In this document: piece by piece, positions 32,102 to 42,221 of the stretch
Numbering within the stretch: the first letter of the stretch is position 1
How the letters are laid out: each line of letters opens with the position of its first letter
Origin: Candidatus Oxydemutatoraceae bacterium
GTDB lineage: Bacteria > Pseudomonadota > Gammaproteobacteria > Poriferisulfidales > Oxydemutatoraceae
Assembly (NCBI GenBank): GCA_965218975.1
Contig: OZ244717.1
Coordinates: 1,024,001-1,088,000, forward strand
Length of the DNA stretch: 64,000 nt
Reading direction: 5' to 3'
The notes under the pieces: generated by a model
Seen by the model: the letters and a program-made list of their open reading frames with translations, nothing else
The model's database searches: none
Told to the model about the DNA's origin: nothing
Translations under genes and position numbers: made by a program

Positions 32102-33760
32102 ATGCAATATCAGCACATCGGCCACCGCATCAAATGTTTCTATATGAGCCAATTTTGCTTCAAAAATAGAGGCTCATGAACACAACGGCTCAACAGAAAT
32201 ATGCTGCCCTCATTTTGGGAGGATGTAACTCCCGAACGCATTCAAGATCGGTCGCAGTACTTTGTACCGCTGGCGCCGGCGTTATCGCCGCACTGGCCTC
32301 AGCGCCTTACATGATCGCGGCAAAGCGCCGCGTAAGAGGCGTCGGCGGATTGTCAGCAAAGTGCTTGTCGTCCATGACGAGACTTGGTTCTGTCAACAAG
32401 CCCCAGCCCCGATGTCCTTGTCGGGTCGTTCACCGCTGAAAACCAATTGGTTTTCCGGGCGCGTCTCACCCATGACGGACGGCGGGAGTGAGTTTCAAGG
32501 ACAGTTTGCCCGGCTCATCCGGGAATCACCCGTGATTGAGTAGTGGCTGACCTATCCCAAGTGTCCAAAAATGAACGCGCACATCGAGCGCTTCAACCGC
32601 ACCGTCCAAGAAGATTGTATCGATCATGCAGAAGACCTGCTATTCGCCGATACGGAAGCATTCAATGACCGGTTATGAAACCGTTTTGTGTTTGTTGGCG
32701 GATTTTCGGCAAAGTGCCTGTCATCCATGACGAGACTGGGTTCTGTCAATGAGCGCCAGCCCCGACGTCCTTGTCGGGTCGTTCACCGCTGAAAACCAAT
32801 TGGTTTTCCGGGCGCGTCTCACCCATGACGAGACTGGGTTCTGTCAATGAGCGCCAGCCCCGACATCCTTGTCGGGTCGTTCGCCGCTGAAAACCGATCG
32901 GTTTTCCGGGCGCGTCTCACCCTGCGCCAGGCTTATCCGAATCTCGGCAGCAGTAAAATCTTTGAGCTGATGAAACCGTTTTGTGTTTGTTGGCGGATTG
33001 TCGGCGGATTGTGCCGGATTGTCGGCAAAGTGCCTGTCATCCATGACGAGACTGGGTTCTGTCAATGAGCGCCAGCCCCGACGTCCTTGTCGGGTCGTTC
33101 ACCGCTGAAAACCAATTGGTTTTCCGGGCGCGTCTCACCCATGACGAGACTGGGTTCTGTCAATGAGCGCCAGCCCCGACGTCCTTGTCGGGTCGTTCGC
33201 CGCTGAAAACCGATCGGTTTTCCGGGCGCGTCTCACCCTGCGCCAGGCTTATCCGAATCTCGGCAGCAGTAAAATCTTTGAGCTGATGAAACCGTTTTGT
33301 GTTTGTTGGCGGATTGTCGGCGGATTGTGCCGGATTGTCGGCAAAGTGCCTGTCATCCATGACGAGACTGGGTTCTGTCAATGAGCGCCAGCCCCGATGT
33401 CCTTGTCGAGTCGTTCACCGCTGAAAACCAATTGGTTTTCCGGGCGCGTCTCATCCATGACGAGACTGGGTTCTGTCAATGAGCGCCAGCCCCGACGTCC
33501 TTGTCGGGTCGTTCACCGCTGAAAACCAATTGGTTTTCCGGGCGCGTCTCACCCATGACGAGACTGGGTTCTGTCAATGAGCGCCAGCCCCGACATCCTT
33601 GTCGGGTCGTTCGCCGCTGAAAACCGATCGGTTTTCAGCGGCGCGTCTCACGCTGCACCGTCCTCATGCCGGCAACGGACAGAAAGCACCGATCCGAATG
33701 TTACTGCCGAACGCTTCCCCTGAAGCCCTTCAAAAATCCCATTTAGGGTGGCATCGTACA
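32102..33760 (+). mobile_element. Degraded, rearranged IS481-family element (left end not resolved)
   Basis: Fragments: HTH STLYRWRRRY, LRQAYPNLG..KI, rve core TDGGSEF...PKCPKMNAHIERFNRT, C-terminal RPH...KSHLGWHRT running into an ACA terminus at 33760; stops and frameshifts present. Confidence 0.8.
32374..33652. repeat. Eight copies of a ~98-bp multi-hairpin repeat (REP/MITE-like)
   Basis: Copies start atgacgagact at 32374, 32727, 32825, 33043, 33141, 33359, 33457, 33555; contain cccgac-N6-gtcggg and gaaaacc-N4-ggttttc stems; 3' part recurs three times at 11020-11696. Confidence 0.93.
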
Positions 33761-34080
33761 ATGCATTGGACACGTAATATATGATATGATATATTGATAT
33801 TGCAGCCTAAAAAAACACGCAACTATACCAACTGTACTATAAAATTGAAAGGTGTGTAACTAGACCTATAAAATTTTGAAACCGGAAGAGGCTATAGGCT
33901 ACTAAATTAGCAATCTAATTTGTTGAATTTTTGTAAACCGTCAATGCTAGCGATGCAGGGAGTTACTAAAGTGAAGTGCATATATATTGTTGGCGAATCT
34001 AGCGTTCGCCGTGCATAGGAAAGTTTTCATATGTTCTGTATGGTATATTCTTGATCACCTCCGCAATACGTTTGGGGTCT

Positions 34081-37000
34081 ATGCGAGCTAAATTAACACA
34101 TGGGTTTTCTGTAAACCGGTATCGCTTGGCGTGGGCGCCAAAGCGTTTAGTAACATCTCTGCTATTACCTGTCATACTGTTTATTACGCTGGGAAGTTCA
34201 AGTTCGGTGCAGGCACAGACACCAACCGAGAATAGCCCGATTATCATAATGCATGGCGATCCCGTGTTAAGTGAGTACATAGAACTCATGGACGCGAGTA
34301 GTTTCAGGTCTGCAAATCAAGGTATTTTAGTTTTTCCGGAAGGTAGCACTATAACCAATGATGTTGTAGATGAAAACAGCACTGACGGAATTCGCACGAT
34401 TACAATCACAGTGGATGCTCCGACCCAAGCGCGTTACAGAAATGAGATTAGCGATATTTTCCTTGGTGTGGAAGAAACAGTTAATGTAGAGGAGCAAACT
34501 TTTCGTCGCAATGATAATGATGGTGAGTCTGGTTGCGATGAATCAGTTTGTAGGCTAATCTATGTTGCTATCAACAGTCAAGACGAGCTTGATAGCGCCC
34601 TTGTAAGTAGTGTTACGGGTCTGTTGCGTTCAATACATTATGCTCCGATAGATCAGGACCCCCCTTCATCGGTTACGCTCACGATCATGCTTGAACCGGA
34701 TGCTGCAAATGGTAGGAATAACACGATTGCGACTGCTGTTTATACGATTAATATCCGTAAGGATGATGATCCGACGCAAGTCAGATTCTTCAATGCTGCG
34801 GGTGAAGAACTTCACAACGATGACATTGACCCCAATCCGCTTGAAGTATTTGAAGGCGGTTTGCTGGTAAGATTTACGGTTGAGTTGGATGCGGTTGAGT
34901 TAGGCGAAGATATAAGCGCTAGAACGCCGTTAGAAGAAGACAATAGTTTTCGGCTTGATTCGAATCGGAGTATTGTTACGAATCCCATTCCTAACCCCTA
35001 CTCAACGATGACGGAGTCGTTTTTCCCCCGCAGTTTATCTATGTATGGAAATGAAAGATTAGGTAGGATTTTTTCACCTTCACAAAATGGGTTTTTATCT
35101 GATAACGGAGTGGTTCGGAGAGTAGAGTTTCGATTTGTACCGCACGTAAATAACTACGGCAGAGTGGAAATAAGAGGATTCGAAATACAAGGGAGTAACC
35201 GGACTACAATTACTTCTTCGGGCGGCGGCTTTGATATTGTAGTTAATCCTACCAATGATTTGCCTTTTTTCTCTTTCTTCATTCACTTGAGGACTATTCA
35301 AGGGATACACTTCGGAAGTGGGTTTGGTTTCAACTCTTCTATTATCAACTCTGCTAATATTAGGGTTTTTAAAGATCCGGGGCTTCTTTCATCTGCAGAT
35401 AATCCTGAAACTTATTTTTTAGGATTTGAGGAGGATGAAGGGCACTTTGATAGTTTTGGGGGGTTTGAAGAGAACTCAGAGGGAGAACAGATATTCAGAG
35501 CCGCAGCAGGCGTAAGATTTCTCTTATATCAAGGTATAAGTGAAGGGTTTCCCGCTGAAGGTACTATCGTATCAATCGAAGCGCTACCTGAGGAATGTCA
35601 AAGGCTATTGGACACTGTAACAATTCGCGGCGATGATATCATCCACCCTATAATACCACATAACCCAGAGCGCATTTTCGCTGAATATGAGATTATAGGT
35701 GAATTAAAAGCAGATGTTTCGGGCGAGTGTTTTATTCCGATTACGGTGCGCATAGTAGAAGGGGAAGGTGAGGCGAGTCAGGGCGAACCTGTCTATCCGC
35801 CTTACGTAGAGAACTTGATGTTTAAGGTGGTTGTGTTGCCTGTGCCGGACGCGCCTGTATTAACTGTTGCCGACTCTGCTTTTCCGCTAGTGGTTTCGGA
35901 CATTGACCTTGCTGCCGGTGAAGCGAACGGTGTCATAGGCGCGGGTAGGATTACAGTAAACGATCCCGACCAAGATATTGACGGGCAAGCGCTTAGCCGC
36001 GAGTCCTTTTTAAGTTTAAGCATCGGTCCTGTTAATCCGTTAGAGAATATCGACAATGCTGCAGTCGGATTTGCCGATGGCGACGGTTATGAGTCGGATG
36101 AAGCAAGTGGGGAACTGAGGCTAAACGGTGAAAGCATTGCAAGCATTGACGCTGAAGATTCTCAGATAACATTCACATTTGATCAAAGCACTATCAATTC
36201 AACTGCCACACTCAATGCAATCATTGCGCATCTGCAAGTCAGATACATCAACGGTGATTTTGGTCAAGAGACATCGCAAACGTTAACATTCTATGACGGC
36301 ACGTATACAGCCAGTGCGCAATTTAATGCGATTGGCAATAATCCGTTCGTAATAGAGCCTGCGGACACTCAACTACAGACGGCGTATGTGGAAAACAGCA
36401 CTGATAGTGTATCGGTAGTGCCGAATGGTATTGATATCCGGACCATTGGCGTTGATGTTGTCGGTACTGCGTCGGTTCGGATTTCAGTGTCGAACGCGAC
36501 GCAGACGCGCTACCGAGCAAATGATGGTGGTGTCGGTGATGACCGTATACCTTCGTTTTTGCAGGCGGGCAGCGGGTTTAATGTTGGGGACAGTGGCTTC
36601 ACTCAAAGTGATACGGTATGCGATCGTTCAGATGATGATTGTACAATCGCTTTTGTAGCGGCAGGAGGCGCGGCGACAACCGAACAAACGACAGCTTTAT
36701 TGCGGGCAATTCGTTTCAGCGCTCCGGGGGATGAGGATCCGAGGAGTTTCATCACTGTGAGGGTTGTGATAGTAGGTTTGGCGGCAAACATTTCAGGTAC
36801 CAACACGACTGAAAGTACCGCAACATATACGGTGACATATACGCTTCCGATTATGCAGCAGGAGGATCCGACGCAAGTTAGATTCTTCAATGCTGCGGGT
36901 GAACCTCACAACGATGACATTGACCCCAATCCGCTTGAAGTGTTTGAAGGCGGTTCGTCGGTCAGATTTACGGTTGAGTTGGATGCGGTTGAGTTAGGCG

Positions 37001-40000
37001 AAGATATAAGCGCTAGAACTCCATTAGAAGAAGACAATAGTTTTCGGCTTGATTTGAATCGGGAGATTGTTACGAATCCTAACCCTGACCCTTATTCAAC
37101 GATGACGGAGTCGTTTTTTTTCCTGCCATTTGAATATGGAAGAGGAGGGTTAGGTAGGATTTCGCAAGAGAGGTTTTTATCTGATGACGGAGTGGTTCGG
37201 CGGGTAGAGTTTGCGTTTAGACCGGCCCTACATAAGTACGGCAGAGTGGAAATAATAGGATTCGAAACGCAAGCGAATAACCTGATAGAGCTCGCTTCTT
37301 CAAGCGGCAGGTTTGATATTGTAGTCAATCCTACCAATGATCCGCCTTTTTTCGATATTTTTATTTTTCCGAGGACTGTTCAAGGGATAGACTTCGGAGG
37401 GGTGTCTGAGCGTGGTTCTAGTCCTACTGCTGCTCCTTCTTCTGATAATATTAGGTTTTTTAGAGATCCTAGTTCTTTGCCCGCAGATAATCCTGAGTTA
37501 TATTTTTTAGGATTTGAGGAAGATGAGGGAGACTTTGATAGTTTTGGGGTTCCCCTGCAGGCCCCTGCAGGCCTAGCATTTTTCTTATCTCAAGGTGATT
37601 TTGAAGGTCTCCCCGCCGAAGATGCCGTAACGGTGGGAGCGCTTCCTGAGGAGTGTGAAAGACTGTTCGATAGATTAGAGATCATCCGCAGGGATGATCT
37701 CTTCAGTAGCTTAGATCCTTCTGCCATGGATACACTTTCACCAAGAGTCCCTCGTTTTGCTGAATACAAGCTTATAGGTAGGTTAAAAGCAGATGCTTCG
37801 GGCGAGTGTTTTATTCCGATCACGGTGCGTATAGTAGAAGGGGAGGGTCAGGGCGAACCTACCTATCCGTCTTATGTAGAGAACTTGATGGTTAAGGCGG
37901 TTGTGTTGCCTGTGCCGGACGCGCCGGTCACACCGAACGCGCCTGTATTGACTGTTGCCGACTCTGCTTTTCCGCTAGTGGTTTCGGACATTGACCTTGC
38001 TGCCGATGAAGCGAGCAGTGTCATAGGTGCAGGCAAGATTACAGTGAACGATCCCGACCAAGATATTGACGGGCAAGCGCTTAGCCGCGAGTCCTTTTTA
38101 AGTTTAAGCATCGGTCCTGTTAATCCGTCAGAGAATATCGCCAATGCTGCAGTCGGATTTGCCGATGGCGACGGTTATGAGTCGGATGAAGTAAGTGGGG
38201 AACGGGAACTGAGGCTGAGGCTAAACGGTGAAAGCATTGCAAGCATTGTCGCTGAAAATTCTCGGATAACGTTTATGTTTGATCAAAGCATTATCAATTC
38301 AACTGCCACACTCAATGCAATCATTGAACGTCTGCAAGTCAGATACATCAACGGAGATTTTGTTCAAGAGACATCGCAAACGCTAACATTCTATGACGGC
38401 ATGTATACGGTGAGTGCGCAATTTAATGCAATCGGCAATAATCTGCTCATAATAGAGCCTGCGACTGCCGTCTTGCCGACAGAATACGAAGAAAATAGTG
38501 TGCTTGGCGTGTTGATTGTACCGAGTAATCTTGAAGTAAGGAACATTGACACCGACAACGACGGCATTAAGCATGATGTTGCGTCGGTTCGGGTTTCAGT
38601 GCCGAATGCAATGCAGATGCGCTACCGAACCGGATTCAACGGGACGCCAAATTTTCTGACGGCAGGCTCGACAGCGGAGGGTTTTTCAGAACCTGTCGGC
38701 GTCTGCGATGCCGATGAATGCTCTCTAGAGTTTCATGCGCCTGACGGTATGTCGGCGAGCCCTGAGCAAGCCGAAGCGCTATTGCGAGGGATAACTTTCA
38801 GTATGCCGGCGAATGAAGACCCGCGCGAGTTCACGATAATTACGATTGTGATAACAAGCAGCCCGACTGCGACTCTGAACGTTCCGATTCCTCAAGTCAT
38901 CGTAATGGCAACTTACACGCTGCCGATTATGCAGCAGGAGGACCCGACGCAAGTTAGATTCTTCAATGCTGCGGGTGAAGAACTTCACAACGATGACATT
39001 GACCCCAATCCGCTTGAAGTGTTTGAAGGCGGTTCGTCGGTCAGATTTACGGTTGAGTCGGATGCGGTTGAGTTAGGCGAAGATATGAGCGCTAGAACTC
39101 CATTAGGAGATGATAATAGTTTTCGGCTTGATTTGAATCGAGAGATTGCTACGAATCCCATTCCTAACCCCTACTCGACGATGACGGAGTTGTTTTTTCT
39201 CTCCGATTCATTTCCGTATGGGAGTGGAAGATTAGGTAGGATTTTGCAAGAGAGGTTTTTGTCTGATAACGGAGTGCTTCGGAGGGTAGAGTTTGGATTC
39301 ACACCGCGCGCAAATACATACGGCAGAGTGGAAATAAGAAGATTCGAAACGCAAGCGAATAACCTGGTAGAGCTCGCTTCTCCGGGTGGCGGTTTTGATA
39401 TTGTAGTCAATCCTACCAATGATCGGCCTTCTTTCGGTCTCTATATTTTAGAGAGGACCATCGGAGAAACGATCTTCGGAGGTCTGTCTCAGACAGATAT
39501 TTCTGATCGGATTAGGTTTTTTAGAGATCCGGGGCTTCTTTCATCTGCGGATAGAATTTATTTTTTAGGATTTGAAGAGAATGAAGGACACTTTGATAGT
39601 TTTGGGAGGTTTGAGGAGACCCCTGAGGGAGAACCATTATTCAGAGCTCCGGCAGGTCTAGTATTTATCGTAGGTCAAGGTGTAGAAGAAGGGGTGCCCG
39701 CCGAAGATGATGCCGTAACAGTCGGTGCGCTTCCTGAGGAGTGTGAAAGACTGTTCGATAGATTAGAGATCATCCGCGGGGATGGTCTCTTCAGTATCTT
39801 AGACCCTTCTGCTATGGATACATTTTCACTAATAGCCCCTCGTTTTGCTGAATACAAGCTTATAGGCGAGTTAAAAGCAGATGCTTCGGGCGAGTGTTTT
39901 ATTCCGATTACGGTGCGCATAGTAGAAGGGGAAGGTGAGGCGAGTCAGGGCGAGCCTGTCTATCCGCCTTATGTAGAGAACTTGATGTTTAAGGCGATTG

Positions 40001-41607
40001 TGTTGCCTGTGCCGAACGCGCCTGTATTGACTGTTGCCGACTCTGCTTTTCCGCTAGTGGTTTCGGACATTGACCTTGCTGCCGGTGAAGCGAGCGGTGT
40101 CATAGGCGCGGGTAGGATTACAGTAAACGATCCCGACCAAGATGTTGACGAGCAAGCGCTTAGCCGCGAGTCCTTTTTAAGTTTAAGCATCGGTCCTGTT
40201 AATCCGTTAGAGAATATCGACAATGCTGCAGTCGGATTTGCCGATGGCGACGGTTATGAGTCGGATGAAGCAAGTGGGGAACTGAGGCTAAACGATGAAA
40301 GCATTGCAAGCATTGTCGCTGAAGATTCTCGGATAACGTTTATGTTTGATCAAAGCACTATCAATTCAACCGCCACACTCAATGCAATCATTGAACGTCT
40401 GCAAGTCAGATACATCAACGGTGATTTTGGTCAAGAGACATCGCAAACGTTAACATTCTATGACGGCATGTATACGGTGAGTGCGCAATTTAATGCGATT
40501 GGCAATAATCTGCTCATAATAGAGCCTGCGACTGCCGTCTTGCTGACAGAATACGAAGAAAATAGTGTGCTTGGCGTGCCGATTGTACCGAGTAATCTTG
40601 AAGTAAGGAATATTGACACCGACAACGACGGCATTAAGCATGATGTTGCGTCGGTTCGGGTTTCAGTGCCGAATGCAATGCAGATGCGCTACCAAGCCGG
40701 ATTCAACGGGACGCCAAATTTTCTGACGGCAGGCTCGACAGCGGAGGGTTTTTCAGAACCTGCCGGCGTCTGCGATGCCGATGAATGCTCTCTAGAGTTT
40801 CATGCGCCTGACGGTATGCCGGCGAGCCCTGAGCAAGCCGAAGCGCTATTGCGAGGGATAACTTTCAGTATGCCGGCGAATGAAGACCCGCGCGAGTTCA
40901 CGACAATTACGATTGTGATAACAAGCAGCCCGACTGCGACTCTGAACGTTCCGATTCCTCAAGTCATCGTAATGGCAACTTACACGCTTCCGATTATCGT
41001 GCAGTTAAACACTCCGATAGTGATGGTGAACGAGTTGAGCATAGACAGTGTGGTTGTGTCTTGGAATGCGATTGAGAATGCGAGTAGTTATACGGTGACA
41101 GTGGCTACGGACGGAGACAGCACGACGGTTGAGACGGTATTAACATCGGAGACGCTTATAGATTTACAAGTGGATACGGCTTATACGGTGTCAGTGGTGG
41201 CGATGGCGGTTGGGTTTCTTGATAGTGAGGCGGGCGAAGTGACATTTGGTATATTGCCGGACGGGTCGGTTGTATTTTTGCCGGATCAGCCTAGCTTTGG
41301 TGTTATTCCGGGTATTAAGCGGTTAAGGGTAACATGGTTGCCGCCGGCGAATGATGGAGGACTGCCGATTCTAGGTTATAGAGTCATTTGGCGGGTGACG
41401 GCAGGTGGAGGCGAGATGTCCAATAATATTTCTGATCCGGCTATAATGGAGTACGAGATAGATTCTTTGACCAACGGAGTGACTTACACTGTTACGGTTG
41501 TTTCGGTAAACGAGCTTGGTGAGAGCCCCATTTTGAGGACTGTAAATGCGACCCCCAATGCTTTACGTTTGAGGGTACGAGTCTTTCTTCAGGGTGCGTT
41601 ACAGTAA
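34081..41607 (+). CDS. Giant secreted repeat protein (three ~690-aa repeats, two C-terminal FN3 domains); putative adhesin
   Basis: Signal peptide ending VQA|Q; repeats start DPTQVRFFNAAGE at ~34768, ~36865, ~38941; FN3 motifs (TWLPPANDGG..ILGY, LTNGVTY); ATG 34081 preferred over TTG 34051. Confidence 0.85.
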   Translation: MRAKLTHGFSVNRYRLAWAPKRLVTSLLLPVILFITLGSSSSVQAQTPTENSPIIIMHGDPVLSEYIELMDASSFRSANQGILVFPEGSTITNDVVDENSTDGIRTITITVDAPTQARYRNEISDIFLGVEETVNVEEQTFRRNDNDGESGCDESVCRLIYVAINSQDELDSALVSSVTGLLRSIHYAPIDQDPPSSVTLTIMLEPDAANGRNNTIATAVYTINIRKDDDPTQVRFFNAAGEELHNDDIDPNPLEVFEGGLLVRFTVELDAVELGEDISARTPLEEDNSFRLDSNRSIVTNPIPNPYSTMTESFFPRSLSMYGNERLGRIFSPSQNGFLSDNGVVRRVEFRFVPHVNNYGRVEIRGFEIQGSNRTTITSSGGGFDIVVNPTNDLPFFSFFIHLRTIQGIHFGSGFGFNSSIINSANIRVFKDPGLLSSADNPETYFLGFEEDEGHFDSFGGFEENSEGEQIFRAAAGVRFLLYQGISEGFPAEGTIVSIEALPEECQRLLDTVTIRGDDIIHPIIPHNPERIFAEYEIIGELKADVSGECFIPITVRIVEGEGEASQGEPVYPPYVENLMFKVVVLPVPDAPVLTVADSAFPLVVSDIDLAAGEANGVIGAGRITVNDPDQDIDGQALSRESFLSLSIGPVNPLENIDNAAVGFADGDGYESDEASGELRLNGESIASIDAEDSQITFTFDQSTINSTATLNAIIAHLQVRYINGDFGQETSQTLTFYDGTYTASAQFNAIGNNPFVIEPADTQLQTAYVENSTDSVSVVPNGIDIRTIGVDVVGTASVRISVSNATQTRYRANDGGVGDDRIPSFLQAGSGFNVGDSGFTQSDTVCDRSDDDCTIAFVAAGGAATTEQTTALLRAIRFSAPGDEDPRSFITVRVVIVGLAANISGTNTTESTATYTVTYTLPIMQQEDPTQVRFFNAAGEPHNDDIDPNPLEVFEGGSSVRFTVELDAVELGEDISARTPLEEDNSFRLDLNREIVTNPNPDPYSTMTESFFFLPFEYGRGGLGRISQERFLSDDGVVRRVEFAFRPALHKYGRVEIIGFETQANNLIELASSSGRFDIVVNPTNDPPFFDIFIFPRTVQGIDFGGVSERGSSPTAAPSSDNIRFFRDPSSLPADNPELYFLGFEEDEGDFDSFGVPLQAPAGLAFFLSQGDFEGLPAEDAVTVGALPEECERLFDRLEIIRRDDLFSSLDPSAMDTLSPRVPRFAEYKLIGRLKADASGECFIPITVRIVEGEGQGEPTYPSYVENLMVKAVVLPVPDAPVTPNAPVLTVADSAFPLVVSDIDLAADEASSVIGAGKITVNDPDQDIDGQALSRESFLSLSIGPVNPSENIANAAVGFADGDGYESDEVSGERELRLRLNGESIASIVAENSRITFMFDQSIINSTATLNAIIERLQVRYINGDFVQETSQTLTFYDGMYTVSAQFNAIGNNLLIIEPATAVLPTEYEENSVLGVLIVPSNLEVRNIDTDNDGIKHDVASVRVSVPNAMQMRYRTGFNGTPNFLTAGSTAEGFSEPVGVCDADECSLEFHAPDGMSASPEQAEALLRGITFSMPANEDPREFTIITIVITSSPTATLNVPIPQVIVMATYTLPIMQQEDPTQVRFFNAAGEELHNDDIDPNPLEVFEGGSSVRFTVESDAVELGEDMSARTPLGDDNSFRLDLNREIATNPIPNPYSTMTELFFLSDSFPYGSGRLGRILQERFLSDNGVLRRVEFGFTPRANTYGRVEIRRFETQANNLVELASPGGGFDIVVNPTNDRPSFGLYILERTIGETIFGGLSQTDISDRIRFFRDPGLLSSADRIYFLGFEENEGHFDSFGRFEETPEGEPLFRAPAGLVFIVGQGVEEGVPAEDDAVTVGALPEECERLFDRLEIIRGDGLFSILDPSAMDTFSLIAPRFAEYKLIGELKADASGECFIPITVRIVEGEGEASQGEPVYPPYVENLMFKAIVLPVPNAPVLTVADSAFPLVVSDIDLAAGEASGVIGAGRITVNDPDQDVDEQALSRESFLSLSIGPVNPLENIDNAAVGFADGDGYESDEASGELRLNDESIASIVAEDSRITFMFDQSTINSTATLNAIIERLQVRYINGDFGQETSQTLTFYDGMYTVSAQFNAIGNNLLIIEPATAVLLTEYEENSVLGVPIVPSNLEVRNIDTDNDGIKHDVASVRVSVPNAMQMRYQAGFNGTPNFLTAGSTAEGFSEPAGVCDADECSLEFHAPDGMPASPEQAEALLRGITFSMPANEDPREFTTITIVITSSPTATLNVPIPQVIVMATYTLPIIVQLNTPIVMVNELSIDSVVVSWNAIENASSYTVTVATDGDSTTVETVLTSETLIDLQVDTAYTVSVVAMAVGFLDSEAGEVTFGILPDGSVVFLPDQPSFGVIPGIKRLRVTWLPPANDGGLPILGYRVIWRVTAGGGEMSNNISDPAIMEYEIDSLTNGVTYTVTVVSVNELGESPILRTVNATPNALRLRVRVFLQGALQ

Positions 41608-42221
41608 AACTAAATTGCTTACTTTTAGCCAATGCAAAAACCATTTTTGAATGAACTACGAAAAGAGAGAGCTCTTGTAAATATTTATTTGATCAAGTGA
41701 TAAGGATTATCGGGGGAATGCTAGGGCATTTGACTCATAGTACTGACAATGCTAAACAGCAAAACGGCTTAGGCATTCTCTCAGTAGAAATTTTTACGAT
41801 TATGTTCCGTTAGTATATCGACAAGATTTTGATCAATTAGATTTCTCAACTTTCTTTTACTCGCTGAGTTACATTCAAGCTGTGATCAAGCGAGTTCGGT
41901 TTGTTGTAAGTGATACGAGTTGAGTTTGTTGATAAACTGCTCATAAGTTGCATCCGAATTAACGAGTCGCTATTAATTAACGTTTCACACACTGACGGAT
42001 AATTGTTGCAGCGCCGATAAAGCCTACTACTTTCTACCACTGTACCGGTGCTTTTTATTCTGGCCGAATCCATTGCAAATTAGCGGAATTCCTTTATGAT
42101 GCTTCAATCATAAATGGGGATTACCGAGTCCTCATATAGAATGTTGCAATCAGTGCCGGCTTGGGGTATCTTTACTATAAAATTCATTAGATGCAAAGAT
42201 AAATGCTGGAGGTATAACATA

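Noticed and set aside
32844-33384. Duplicated 73-aa ORFs on both strands
   Set aside because: Products of the repeat element plus a transposase fragment, not independent genes
32727-33652. CRISPR array
   Set aside because: Repeats are ~98 bp and mostly abut; the intervening pieces are identical transposase fragments rather than unique spacers; no cas genes in the window
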